A stretch of 64,000 nucleotides of DNA from assembly GCF_009914755.1 (NCBI RefSeq), contig NC_060929.1. One strand, given 5' to 3'. Shown one piece after another: positions 1 to 14,074 of this stretch. A program made the position numbers and the translations under genes. Source of the DNA: the human T2T-CHM13v2.0 reference genome, Homo sapiens. How positions within the stretch are numbered: the stretch's first letter is position 1; every line of letters starts with the position of its first letter. The notes below the pieces were generated by a model. It was not told where the DNA came from and did no database searches. It saw only the letters and a list, made by a program, of their open reading frames with translations.

Positions 1-2135
1 CCGAAGATCAAGTGAATGTTACATATTGTAAAAAGGCATCATTTTCTTGAACCCATCTAAGAGCTACGTTTTCCAGTGTATGCAACTAGTATAAGTTAAA
101 AATGGATGCTTCCAGGAAGAGACAGCGCATGAGCAGTGGGTTGCCTTTGGCAGAGCACAGAGGAAGATGAGGTCATTATACAAGTGAGTACAATTTAAGG
201 TAAAATTATTAATGAATTGCTAAAAGTTGAGTATGGGCAAGTCTGAAAATACAGAGCCACTGGAGGCCTTAGGTACAAGGGACATTTACAAGCACTTCCA
301 GGCTACTCTGCACAGACCCCAGTGGGCACTTTGGAGGAAGACTGGGGCAAGGTAGAGAATGCAGAATGTCTCCCTCACCAGGTAGCCAGGAGAAGGAGAG
401 CAACTGCTACTGAAGAGACTTGACAACAAATTGTTTGAGACCCGGATCTCTAGGAAAACAAAAATCTATAAAGGATATTATTGGGACAATTGGAGAAATT
501 TGAATATGGAATTTACATAAGAACTGTTCAATATTTTCAGTATAATAGTGGTCTTCTGGTTACGTAGTGCTGTGGTATAACATAAAATACATTTAGTCTC
601 TGTCACTGATTCTTATCACAAAGCTCTTAAAATTCTTGGAATTTCCCGAGTAATAGGAGTGTCTTTGTTATTCATAACACCCTTTGCCTAAGTTTTTGCT
701 AATGAGGTGACTCAGGGTGGGGCTCTAGGATAGCCCGTGAAGGGGCTGGTTGCCATGAATACCTAAGGATTAGAAGATTAGAGTTGGAACTTTCAGTCCC
801 ACCACCCAACCTCCAGTAAAGGGTGGGAGGGGGCAAGGAGGCGAGGAGGTGAGGAGGCTGGAGATTAAGCTGTATAAAACCTCTTGAACACTTGGAGGTG
901 CTACGTGGCATGCCTGAGGAGAGCATGGAAGCTCCACACCTCTTCCTCCATACTTTGCCCTATGCATTTCTTCATGTGGCTATTCATCTGTATCCTTTAT
1001 AATATCCTTTATAATAAAACAATAAATGTACATAAAATGTTTCCCTGGGTTCTATAAGTGATCCTAGTGAATTATCAAACCCAAGAAGGTGGAGATAGGA
1101 ACCTCGATTTATAGCTGCTCAGTCAGAAGCACAGGCTACAACCTGGAACTTGTGATTGGCATCTACAGTAGGAGCAGTCTTGTGGCAGTGAGCCCTTCAC
1201 CTGTGGTATCCAATGCTCTCCAGGTAATGTCAGAATCGAAGTGAATTATAGGACATCCAGCTGGCACTTAGAGAGTTGGAGAATTGCTTGGCATGTGGGG
1301 AATAATCCCTACACATATGGTCACAGAAGTGCTCTGTACAATGGGGAAAGAAAAGTCTATTCAATAAATGGTGTTGCAAAAACTGAATATTCACATGCAG
1401 AAGAATGAAATTAGGCCCTCATCTCACATCATACATAAAAATCAACTGAAAATGCGTTGAAGACTTAAATATAAGACCTGAAACTGTAAAACTACTGGAA
1501 GAAACCATAGGGGGAAAGCTTCATGACATTGGTCTGGGTGAAGATTTTTTGGCTATGACCACAAAAGCACAGGCAACAAAGCAAAAATAAACAAATTGAA
1601 TGGCATCAAACTAAAAAGCTTCTGCACCACAAAGGAAACAATCAAGAGAGTGAAGAGACTACCTATGGAATGGGAGAAAATATTTTGCAAACCATACATC
1701 TGATAATGGGTTAACATCCAAAAATATACAAGAACTCAAGCAACTAAATAGAAAACAAATAACCCAACTTAAAAATGGGCTAAGGACCTAAATAGACATT
1801 TTGAAATAAGACATACAAATGGCCAACAAGTAAATGAAAAAATCCTCAAAATCACTAATCATCAGAGAAATGCAAATCAAAAACATAATGAGATATCACC
1901 TCACACCTGTTAGAATGGCCATTATAAAAAAGATGAAAGCTAACAAGTATTGGTAAGGATGTGGAGAGAAGGAACACTTGTACACTTTTGGTGGGAATAT
2001 AAATTAGTATACCCATTATGGAAACTTCAAAAATTTCAAAAAGACTTTAAAAATTTCAAAATAGAACTACCATATGATCCAGCAATCCCACCGTCGGGTA
2101 TATATCCAAAGAAAATGAAAAAACGAAATCAGTAT

Positions 2136-2898
2136 TGTGAGAAACACACTCACCTGTCCAAACCCAAACAATGTACTCAGAGACACAAAGAATAGCGGAA
2201 GCGAGACTTTTAATGGCGGTCTTGCAAGATCGGCTGTCTGGTAGGCAGGCACACCTGGGGCAGTTACAGCAGGCAATTTATTTCCTAGCACACAAGTCCC
2301 TCTTCCCAGTTCCTCATTGGTTGAGCACTATGGGGTTACAATCTTCCCGGACATCGCCCAAGTTTCATTATCCCCTTATAAGATCATACTCAGGTCCCCT
2401 TCCCTGCTTAAGTTTTGATTTTTCAATAATGAAACTTTATTCCCTTTTATGGGCTGACCCCTCCTTTACATTCTGTTCGCTTATCGTGACTTTCTAGGTG
2501 CATGAGCCCTGCGGTTTGTTACGCCCGCAGGCTGGCTGCCAGTGCTTAGATTTATCATGCCTTGCAACTGGACAATTAAAATATCTTCTCACAGGCACGG
2601 TGGCTCATGCCTGTAATCCTAGCACTTTGGGAGGCTGAGACGGGTGGATTGGCTGAGCTCAGGAGTTCGAGACCAGCCTGGGCAACAATGGTGAAACCCT
2701 GTCTCTACTGAAATACAAAAAATTGGCCGGGTGTGGCGGCATGCACCTGTAGTCCCAGCTACTCGGGAGGCTGAAGGAGGAGAATCGCTTGAACCGGGAG
2801 GCGGAGGTTGCAGCGAGCTGAGATCATGCCACTGCACCCCAGCCTGGGCATCAGAGCGAGACTCCGTCTCCAGAAAAAAAAAAAAAAATCTTTTCACA
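2136..2898 (-). mobile_element. ERV1-class solo LTR (family not assigned) with an Alu at its end
   Basis: tgtgag...tcaca termini; 4-bp TSD gtat (2132-2135/2899-2902); ATTAAA on the minus strand near 2208. Confidence 0.75.
2594..2888 (+). mobile_element. AluS
   Basis: Dimeric Alu with A-tail; TSD atcttctcaca/atcttttcaca. Confidence 0.95.
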
Positions 2899-2987
2899 GT
2901 ATGTCAAGACACATCCGCACTCCCATGTTCATTGCAGTATCATTCACAATAGCTATGGTATGGAATTAACTTAGGTGTCCATCACCG

Positions 2988-3698
2988 TGTTAGTGGTAGC
3001 GAATCTGTGCAGGTCTGCAGCAACCTCCAGTCTTGCCTCCTTAGAAGAAAGAATTTGACGGAGGGGCATAAGGCAGAGTGAAAGACTGAGGCAAGTTTTA
3101 GAGCAGGAGTGAAAGTTTATTCAAATGCTTTAGAGTGGGAATGAAAGGAAGTAAAGTACACTTGGAAGAGGGCCAAGCAGGCAACTTGAGAGATCAAGTG
3201 CACAGGTTGACCTTTGACTTGGGGTTTTATAGATTGGCATGCTTCCAGGGTCGCGTTACTTCTCCCCTGATTCTTCCCTTGGGGTGGGCTGTCTACATGT
3301 ACAGTGGCCTGCTGGCGCCTGGGAAGGGCTGCATGCAGTGTGTTTACTGAAGTTGTATGCATGCTCACTTGAGACGTTCTTCCCTTACCAGTTGAGTGTT
3401 CCTGTAAGGTCATATACCAGTAAAGCTTCTCCATTTTTTCTCTTACTGCACATGTGTAAGCCCACTTCACCAACTCCTGAGATCTTCTGGGGAAGGTGCT
3501 GATCACCAGATTCAGGTTTTTCATATCTTTTGGGAGACTACCTTTCCGTGGTCCTGGCTGTGAACAATTACTATTTTTGAGAGACAGTTAACAAGAGTTA
3601 ACAACTGCCTAACCATCACCTGATGGTCACCTGACATTCCTGGTTGGGGGATTGCTCTCCTGCCCCACTCTTGTCTGACTAGCTACACTACTGTAACA
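2988..3698 (-). mobile_element. MER50-like ERV1 solo LTR
   Basis: tgtta...tgtaaca termini; 4-bp TSD accg/actg; minus strand begins tgttacagtagtgtagctagtcagac; AATAAA on minus strand at ~3116-3121. Confidence 0.8.
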
Positions 3699-4564
3699 AC
3701 TGGACGAATGGGTAAAGAAAATGTGGCATATATACACAATGAGATACTATTCAGACTTTAAAAAGAGAGGAGATTCCTGTCATTTGCAACAAAATGGATG
3801 AACCTGGAAGACATTAAATGAAGCCAGGCACAGAAAGATAAATATCACATTATCTCACTTAGGTGTGGAATCTAAAAAAATTGAACACAATAGAAGCAGA
3901 GAGTAGAATGGTGGTTACCAGGAGTTGGCGGAGCAGGGTGGTTTGGGAGATATTGGTCAAAGGATAAAAACTTACAGTTAGAAGGAGTAAGATCAAGAGA
4001 TCTGTTGTACAACACAGTGACTATAGTTAATAACAAATTCTTGAAGATCACCAAAAGAGTGGATTTTTGGCATTCTTGCCACACAAAAAAAATGATAAGT
4101 ATGTGAGGTAATACATATGTTAATTAGCTTGATTTAACCATTCCACAATGTATACATATTTCAAAACATCATGCTGTACACAATAAATGTATACAGTTTT
4201 AAAACTGTCTTCTAAAACAAAAAGAAGTATTCTGTGCTGTGTTGAGTGTGAAAGTACAGAGGAAAAAGTAGTTTGTTTTTTCCTTTTACAAGTGTTTGTG
4301 TGGTCATATTCTTGTTTTTAGGAGATACACTGAAGAATTTAGAAGTAAAGTATAATGATGTCCACAGCTTACTCCTAACTGGTTCAGATAAAATGGTGTG
4401 TATATGGATGGAGAGAAAGAGAGAAAGCAAATGTGGCAAAATTTTACTAATTGGTGAATATAGTATATAGTGTATGTGTGTTCATTGTATTAACAGATCT
4501 TTCAATATTCCTGTAGGTTGTAGCAGAGAATAAGGATCCGTTAAGATTTTAGGTTCAGGTGTTA

Positions 4565-4740
4565 TTTGATTTTTAAAACTTTTTATTGAAGTATAACAGC
4601 TATAATATGTGTATAACATTTATACAGAGAAGTAAACAAATTATGGGTACACAGTTGGATGATTTTTACAAACTGAACACACCTGTATAATCAATGTCCA
4701 GATAGAAAGTATATTACTAGGACCCCAGAAGCCCACTTAT
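4565..4740 (-). mobile_element. Old L1 (L1ME/L1MD) 3' end fragment
   Basis: tttattgaagtataac...tacacagttggatgatttttacaaactgaacacacctgtataatca, a typical antisense L1M 3' end. Confidence 0.65.
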
Positions 4741-4801
4741 AAAGCAAAGATATATGTGCTTGATAGATCCTGTTGCTTTGCATCAATAGATTGGATAGGA
4801 G

Positions 4802-5686
<885 letters not shown>

Positions 5687-5994
5687 GGAAAAATGGTTAT
5701 ACACATAAGCCAAGAAGGAGAAAAGTGCAACTTTCCTTACCTGTGTACATACTGCCCACTAGAGTAGGCCAGTTGGCCATATGTACTAACAGAAAGACCT
5801 AGAAGAAAGAACATCCAATTATTAGGTGTACCAGAAGGTGATAATACCCAACTTTTACTTTTGATAAGTATATTTTATTTTCTTCAGTGTGGCATTTGCT
5901 TATGATGAAGTTGAGTTCATTCTCATATGTTCGTTGGCCACTTGGATATTCTCTGTCCAAGTAAAACCTTATTTTTGTATTAGGTTATTTGTCT

Positions 5995-6190
5995 TTTTCA
6001 TATATACATCTATACATTCCTATCACACAAATGAATAAGAAAAAATCTATATATACATTAATTTATATATTATCTATAAATTATATATTATTTAAATATG
6101 TAATATACAGTTGATTATATATTAATTATATAATGTATTATATAAAATATGTATAATATATAATATAATATATATATATTATATGTATTT
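5995..6190. repeat. AT-rich degenerate (TA)n low-complexity tract
   Basis: tatataatata-type runs with almost no G/C. Confidence 0.85.
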
Positions 6191-7110
6191 TGTCCACAGT
6201 TCCTGGCTCATCACTCCTTTAGCCTTTGTTATAGTCTCATAAATCCCATAGCCTTTGTTACAATCTTTTGTTATAATTTTGGGGTGTTTTAGGCTTCAGG
6301 AGCAGGCCCCAGGAAACAGAATCTCTCTCTCTAATTTTATCCTGGCCTCCTTTTACCTGCTCAAAACAGGACTCTAATCTAATTGTGGGTCAAAAGACCC
6401 TTATTCCAGAGAGGGTCCCACCCCATACTCTGGAGGAAGGAATGCTGCACAGAATGGACAAGAAGAATCTGAACAGACAGGTCTTGCTGAGTTTCCCCAC
6501 TCAGTCTTCTAGTATGAGATCATACTCTTGTCCAGTCACATGTCTATGAAGTTGTCAATCATGCCTATGTAATGAAGCCTCCATAAAAACCCAAAAGGAC
6601 AGGGTTTGGTGAGCTTCCAGATAGCTGAATACATGGAGGTTCCTAGAGGGTGGTGCTCCCAGGGAGGGCATGGAAGCTCCACACACCTTCCCCTCCTCTC
6701 CTTATGTATCTCTTCATCTGTAGCCTTTGTAATATCCTTTATAATAAACCAGTAAATGTAAGTGTTTCCTTGAGTTCTGTGAGCCACTCCAGCAAATTAA
6801 TCAAACCCAAAGAGAGGGTCGTGGGAAGCTTAACTTGAAGCTTGTTGGTCAGAAGTTCCAGAGGCCAGGACTTGAGACTAGTATCTGAAAGTGGATATTC
6901 TTGGGGACCGAGCCTTCAACCTGTGAGATCTGATGTTATCTCCAGGTAGATAGTGTCGGAACTGAATGGGGGGACACCCAGTGCTGTCCACTGGGGAACT
7001 GATTGCCCACTTGGTGGTGGGGAGAGCCTTCTCACACACACATTTGGTCCCAGAAGTCTTCTATGTTGATGATTATTGTGGTGTGAGAGCAGAGAAAACA
7101 CCATAAAATA
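6190..7110 (+). mobile_element. MER21A/B-like LTR
   Basis: Shares catggaagctccacac...atatcctttataataaa...ttggtcccagaagt blocks with the 571-1337 copy. Confidence 0.75.
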
Positions 7111-7129
7111 TTAGAGTTTTTCCCAATTT

Positions 7130-7790
7130 GCATTATTCTTTACATAATCTGGCTTTAAGTCCTTGGTTGGTTATCTGTATTACAAATATCTTCCCTATAC
7201 CATGGGTGGTAGTTTTACCCATTTAATGGTGTCCTTTAATACACAGTGCTTGAAGTTCAATTTATCAATCTTTTTCTTTATATGGTTAAGAAATTTTGCC
7301 CATGTCACAGTCATGAAGAAATTCTCCTACATTTTCTTCTAGAAACTTTGTTTTACCTTTCACATTTGGATCTGCAACCCATTTAGAATTTATTTTTTTG
7401 TATGGTGAGAGGTGGGGCACAAATTTATTTTTCCCATCTGGGTATCTACTTGATCCAACACCAATTATTAAGAAGATTATTCTTTCCCCACTGCACTGCA
7501 ATGTCATCTTTGTCATAAATCAGGTAACCATATATGTTTAGGCCTATTTCTGGACTTTCTTTTCTCTTCCATTGCTCTATTTGTCAATTCTTATGCCACT
7601 ACCATACTGTCTTAATTATTACAGCTCTTGGTATCTGATAATACAAGTCCAGCAGCTTTGTTTTTCTTTAAGATTGCCTTAGCTATGCTTGGCTCTTTGC
7701 CTTTCCATCTAAGTTTTAGAATTTGATTGCCAATTTCCAAAACAAAAATTTTGCATGGACTGTCATTTAAATTTGATTGCATTTTTAAAG
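7130..7790 (-). mobile_element. Old L1 ORF2 fragment (probably continuous with 5880-6000)
   Basis: Minus ORF 7286-7516 contains PHLSPYKKINSKWVADPNVK, an L1 ORF2 motif. Confidence 0.85.
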
Positions 7791-10669
7791 GTAGTGTTCT
7801 CTTTTCACCTGTTTTTTTAGGTGAAACATTTGTTGAGCCTCTTTGTATACTTTTTCCTACAGTGGAGACTGGTGGAAGTTGAAGTGGTTGTGAAATATTT
7901 TTGTGTTTAACTGTGTTCAGTTAAAATATAACTATCCTAGAACAGAGATATTATTCAAGTAAAACCCACTGAATCATATTAATCCTGACCTTACCTCTCC
8001 ACTCTGAGTGGAGACATTTTCTATACAGAATAGTCAAGGCAAATAATGGTGAGCGAGAAAAGAGAATCAGAGTTCACATGAAACTTGCTAAAATCAGACG
8101 ATCTCTGCAATTCCAATCAATATATTTTTCTTCCTTTCATTTTGCTCCTTTACATTGTGTTGAAAGGTAACAAAAGTAAGCTGTGTCTCTGCATTATCAC
8201 TTGTTTTGGAGGTCATGGCTACTGTCAACTTCTCTGGGGAACAGTCCCTCATCTGTACCGCTGTTCTGTATTATTATGGCCTGTGCATCTTCACTTTCTC
8301 TTTCCTCTTCATTTTCACATTTCACTTGCTGCTCCTCAGTTTGCTCTGTGTCATTTCAGTGTTGTGTCTGAGTGACAAATGAGTGTTCAACCCTCTTTCT
8401 TTTCATGAGATTGTTATAGTCTCTAAAAAACCAAGTGCCATAGTACGCTTGTGAAACTGATGGTGATGCTGTCAAGCCTAAGAAAATTTCTGTCTACAAG
8501 AGAATAAAGAGAATAAATCTTTGTCAACAGGCTTCCCTGTCCATTAGATTGAGAATTTCATGCCAGCCACATTTAAAATCTTGTATGGTATTAATACTAA
8601 TCAGTGTTTATTAACATTCAGACATGTTCACAACTGTTGTAGCAGCTGAGTGTCTGTAAGTTAAATTGATTTTAGTCCTTAGATATCAATTAACAGCACT
8701 GCTTCACATTTTCATAATGAAATACAGTTGTTTGGGGGTGTTTATGAAATGACATCCATTTGATTTATAAGTAACCTTGACTAGGAAGTCTCTGTGTGTT
8801 AGAATGTAAATGATCACCTCCCCCACTTTGATTGCCACATTGCAGCTGTATATTCCCATTTCCAAACAGTAAGAGACAAAGATCTGGAAACACAACAAAG
8901 TTAGAGTCTGTCAGCCCACAGCAGGTAGCGAAGATAGTGTTCAGACTAGCTTTTAACCAGACCAACCATGAGTCCGCTAAGGGGACTGTGTGAGGATGTA
9001 GTGAAGAAACCTCAGGAGGTGTTCTGAATTCAAAAGAAGAAGAAAAATCAGGCTCAGAATGCTGGCAACCTGTTCACAGGCACATTTTAACCCTAAAGAA
9101 GCTTGGAGTCTGACCTGCCTTAGTGAGTCAAGATATTCAATCAAAGCAAGCCCCAGAGGTGTAGGGAGAAAAAAATACCACCCCCTGGTTTTCTACCCCA
9201 AATGCAATTTAGAGTTGATTGAGAGGTTTGCTGAAACCAACCTGGTTGAAGACCCCTGAGTCTTGACACCTCTCTGATTCTCTGAAGAAGTTTGCAAAGA
9301 GGGAGTAGAAGTTTTGATAGAGTGTTCCTCTTCCTCCATGATATTCCCTTTAGGGCACACTTATTTGAAGAGAATGTGTTTTGCTCTAGGCAGAGTGCAA
9401 GTACTTTGGCCAAGAACACATAGCCCCAAGTGTGGCTCTTTCCTACAAGGGGTGAAGAATGAGGAGAAATAGTCTGAGGGGGTTCCCACCTCAAGCCAGG
9501 CCCACTTTTGGCTTACAGCTTTCTGATTTTTAGCTTGAGAATTGCATTTATTTTATTTTAAGTGCAACAGCAGGTCCAACAATTTTTGTCCTTCAGTGTT
9601 TTATAATTCAAAGTTGAGTCACAATGTCCCTTGCCTAGGTATTGCAAAGCAAGTTTATAGTAGTGCTTACTTTGTTTTTCCAGGGGGACTTCTAATACAC
9701 CAGATTTTTTGTATAATATTAAAAGGGAATGTTTGTATAAGAGGACAGGTTTCCATTGGGCACCATGGCTACAGGACTATCTGAATGCTGATGTTCTAAG
9801 TTTTTCTGTCTTTACAGGCAATAATACTTTGTTTATTTTTTATTTTATTTATTAAAATATATTTTATTTATTAAAACTTTTTTTTAGGGATTTTTATGAA
9901 AAGGAGACAGATGAATGACTACAGTACTCAGTAAAAAATGTAAATCGCACTTGGAATAATACAGATAATAGAAAACATGGCAGAAAATGGAAGGTAAGAA
10001 AATGTGTAACATAGAAGTGCAATAGCATGTATGCATCAGGAAGAGGTCCAGTAGGAGTAACCTCACAGAAAGGAAAAGGATAAAGTGCTTTCTCTGCAAA
10101 GAAGAATGGAGGTGTTGGTTATTGGCACTGGGGAGAGTCACCCTAAAATAATATAAAAACAAGAAGAAGAATTCCATATAGAATGCATGGATAATTTTTG
10201 TGGCTCTCCATCCTAGGTACTTGTCCACTCCACCACATACAACCCACATTACATACACTATACTTGAAAGACTGAGCAATCCGAACATGGGAAAGATTTA
10301 CCAATGCTTCAAGGCTGTTTGTGGTCACTGCCTTCAGTGTTGTTCCTGCCCTGACCTTGCCTTGATCTCTGCTTCTATCAGACTCTCACCACTTGTCTCT
10401 GCACCTTCAACTTCTATCCTACCTCTAACCCTTTGGCCTTGATTTTTCCACATTTTTCCTGCAGAGCATAAGCTGGCTTACTTGTCCCTTAGCTATGTAA
10501 GCCCTGGGCTCCCTCAATCAAACCCTCAGACCCATACCAGCAATTGGAGCAGTGGCCAAGCCAGCCAAACCATCATTTACTTCTTATATGAGATCTTCAG
10601 TTCACATTTCTTTTTCTACACAGAGCTCACCAGGAAGCCTAGGAGGCACATAGAGTTTTTCCTGAGGGG

Positions 10670-10673
<4 letters not shown>

Positions 10674-10716
<43 letters not shown>
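10674..10716. repeat. (TG)n microsatellite, about 21 units
   Basis: Uninterrupted gtgtgt run. Confidence 0.98.
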
Positions 10717-10717
<1 letters not shown>

Positions 10718-11114
10718 GGGGTTTTTCTTTTTTGGTATTTCTCTTCATGACTTTCATTTGCTGTCATGACCCATGGTATCTTCATGATTTTCAATGAAGG
10801 GAGGAATTACATGAGTTCCCCTGGACTAGAACTTTAGTATTTTTTTGAGGACTATGATCACATATTTCCTAGCATTACTATTTTACTCTATTATTACAAA
10901 TTTCTTGCTCATGCGAATAGGAAAAGGGAAGAGAAGACTGTGGAAGTGGAAATACTGAGGAGAAACTTATATTACTTGAGTTATGAGTAATTTGCTTCCA
11001 AAGACATAATATTTCCATATAGCACATACTCTAAAAATCAAGTGGACCCAAGGTAGGAAAGATTTACTGATATCTACTTTCTTAAAGTCGTATAACCAAA
11101 ATTGAAATATGTAA

Positions 11115-11330
11115 TGAAAAGAACACAGAGTCAGCTAGGTCAGATTCTACTTCACTCACTCTCTTTGTAGAAATTTGGGCAATTTAAGTAGTGTCAGCCT
11201 CAATATCGTCACCTGTAAAAATGGAAATAATAATTCCTAACAAGGTTTTCTAGGACTTGATGAGATAATGTATATGAAGATCTTTTACAATGAGACCTGG
11301 CCCCAGACAGATATGCAGTAAATATTTATT
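11115..11330 (+). mobile_element. MIR
   Basis: MIR core gcctcaatatcgtcacctgtaaaaatggaaataata...tgagataatgtat. Confidence 0.75.
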
Positions 11331-13420
11331 CCCTTTCCCTTTACCATCTTTGTGGATGCCAAATGAAAAAGCTGATGCACTTTAATTTATTGTCTGCCAT
11401 CTTGTGGGGATAATAGTTATCTGAGCACATTAGAATGACTTTGTTGTACATTTCCACTGAATTATTCTCTGCCAGGTATCTCAAATCATTAGTCCTTTTT
11501 CCTTCAATCATAAGACTGTATGATATATGTATTTCATAAATTAAACTTGTCCTTAAACTGCATCTACTAAAAGGGATAGACCTTTAAAACATGTTCTAAA
11601 TGTACCTAAAGAACAATATCCAACAGAGAAGGGCAGCAGTCGCAGGAAAATATTTTGTTGGAATGAGAGGGTAGAGGTTTGGCTGAGGCCAGCTGACATG
11701 AAACCAAGCTTTGTGACCCTTCTCCTCTTGTGGCTCTCAGATCCCCTATACCTTCACCTCACAGAGGAGTCCACAGTTAGAAGGGGCACTCATTGGTCCC
11801 CTGACCACACAGCAAGTCCCTGCTCCCATTTTCTGTCTCTGGCTTGTACTCCAAGCATGGTACGTTGGACTTCCCAAATGCAATCTGCTCTTTTGGTTGC
11901 TGTTGACAATTAAGATTTTACAGCCTGAAGTAATTTGTTTGAGGACGGAGTCCAGCAGCTTTGGGTGTCCTTTGCTATGATTGGTGGCATGGGCTTTCAG
12001 CCTCCATAATAGTGCACAACAGATGCTGAGGAACATCTCGTTCTAAGTGACACCACATTGGAAATGGAGAACCAGCCTCCGCAGTCATTTGTACGATCAT
12101 TTGTATGATTGAATTTCCCATTTTGAGGGAGGCAGATGACACTTTTATCTAAAAACAATTTAGCTTTCTTTCTTTGGGGACGAGGGCCTAGATCTATGAG
12201 CAGAATACAAAAGAGATTATGGAGAGAGGGAGAAGGTCTGGGTGGAAGGAAATGAACCAAACCAAACAAAGCAATTAAGTGAGGAATTTGCACCCACCTG
12301 TTTTTTGTACAATGATAACACAATAACTATTTTTTTCCGTGAACACTTATTCCTTTAAGTTGGCTTCACCCAGTGTTCATAATAAAGAAGGATGAGGAAA
12401 ACCAAAAACTTTATTTATATTTATCACATGATCAAATTGCTGGGCATTTGAGCAGCTTGGGAAACAGGATAGCTGCCTGGGTGAGAAGTGAGAGCTCTTC
12501 TGAGACAGCAGCCATGAGCAATTTAGACTGGTTGTCCACCAGCTGAACTCACAGCTGTACCCAACCCAGCAGCAGATGCTGTGGTCCTTGATCTGTTGTC
12601 AAGACTGAGGTGGTGTCAGGTTGTACTCTGCTTAGTTGTGGCATTTAAATCACAAAGGGCAGAGTGACAGAAAAGGCGGTGTTTTAAACATAGTTCCATG
12701 TAAGCTCTCAAAGGATGGCACTTTGGGGAGAGAATTATAAGCTTGAACCATCAAATCTAATATTGTTTGCTGTGACTTCTGAGTTATTTATGTTGCCTTT
12801 TCCAAATTTTCCTCCTTCTGCTATTTTTCTTTGGGAATTTCCCATAATTTATTTAAGGAAGGAGGGAGCATGTTCCCTGGACTTCCCCCAGGCCTTCTCC
12901 TGGACATTTCTGCACATTTCACAGACACAGAGAAGAGGGCTAGGCCTCTGCCTTAGCATATTTATAGGTACTCCTCTGACTATATCTTCCTCATAACCTG
13001 TTATTTCCTTTCCAGTTGAACATGTGGTTGGACATACTAAATAAACGCAGGTTTATACATAAACTATTCCAATACCTAAATTCATTCTTAAGGAACTGGC
13101 TTGAATTCAACTTGAAAACTATGATGTGTTTATGCCTTAGCAAAAATAGAGTAACAAGATCTATGAGTCTATAATATGACTATCCTGGGTGTGAAGTGGT
13201 GTCGAGGGACCCTCTGCAGAGCTGGCATAGAAGTGAAGGAGCAGACATCCTCATACAACCAGGTCTCTAAATTCCAGGGTGTGTGCGTAAGGTGGGTGGT
13301 AACATTGTCCCAGTAGCTGTTTCTCCTCTGAAGAATGACCTGTTCCTCTTTCTACTGATAATTCTAAGGGAAGGATGAGAAGAGAAGAGAGAAGGAAGAA
13401 AGTTGTGTGTTATAGATAGC

Positions 13421-13633
13421 CGTCTTCTTTCCTTTGTCGATGTTACCTGTGTCCTAATCTCTTCTTATAAGTATGCCAGTCATATTGGACTAAGGCCCAC
13501 CCTAAAAAATCCATTTTAAGTTAATTACGTCTTTAAAGTTCCTATATCCAAATACAGTTCCATTCTGAGGTACTGAGGATTAGGACTTCAAGATATGAAT
13601 GTGAGAGTGAGTGGCATAATTTAGCCCATAATA
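13421..13633 (-). mobile_element. MLT1 (A/B/C-type) LTR fragment
   Basis: tcctaatctcttcttataag...cattctgaggtactgaggattaggacttcaa...tttagcccata. Confidence 0.8.
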
Positions 13634-14074
13634 GGCCATAAGGGAAGAAGTAGGATAATAGCATGTTCTTTACGACACAGCCCCTTTCACAGCCCCTTTC
13701 CCAAGGTCTTCCTATTATTACCAACCACCGTACATCCTCCTTGCTGTCAGACATCAATCTGGAAACAAGAAAATTGTTCTATTTGAGGGCAAGAAGAATT
13801 AAAAATGGGTCTTAGGGTCTAATAAGAGAAAAACCTGCTTAGTGTCAGGTGCCCTAAAAAAAAATGCTTGTAAAAATTAATTAGTGGGCTGAGGTTTCCT
13901 GTCTCCTAATTTTGCGAAGGGTTTACATTTTGTTAGGTTACTATGTAGGGAAGGGGAACTATTACCTACAACTTAGTTGTGGACCAGAACTCCCTTGCCT
14001 CTCCACTAATATGACACAAAAACTGTGAAATTTAGAAAGAAATTATTTGTAAACAAGAAACATGTAGCCTTGTT

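Larger units (their letters stand above)
1338..4222 (+). mobile_element. 5'-truncated L1MA (ORF2 3' part plus 3'UTR), interrupted by two LTRs and an Alu
   Basis: Translates [28 protein letters not shown] (L1 ORF2 C-terminal region, with stops); L1MA-type 3'UTR to ~4200; TSD agaagtgctctgt (1325-1337)/agaagtattctgt (4223-4235). Confidence 0.9.
571..4290 (+). mobile_element. MER21C-like solo LTR, split by L1MA (571-1337 and 4223-4290)
   Basis: TG...CA termini (tgtggtataa...ttttaca); 5-bp TSD agtgc (566-570)/agtgt (4291-4295); AATAAA near 1013; body matches recalled MER21 consensus. Confidence 0.8.
470..4520 (+). mobile_element. Old L1 (L1MC/L1ME-type) 3' end, split by nested insertions (pieces ~470-570 and ~4291-4520)
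   Basis: ttgggacaattggagaaatttgaatatgga... and ...agcaaatgtggcaaaattttactaattggtgaat...gttcattgtatt resemble old L1M 3'UTR consensus; the pieces join across the MER21 TSD. Confidence 0.6.

Noticed and set aside
100-470. Possible L1M 5' end fragment
   Set aside because: Similarity too weak to support by eye
7800-7830. Strong-looking splice acceptor ttttttag|gtg
   Set aside because: No open frame or partner donor identified; such sites are common by chance
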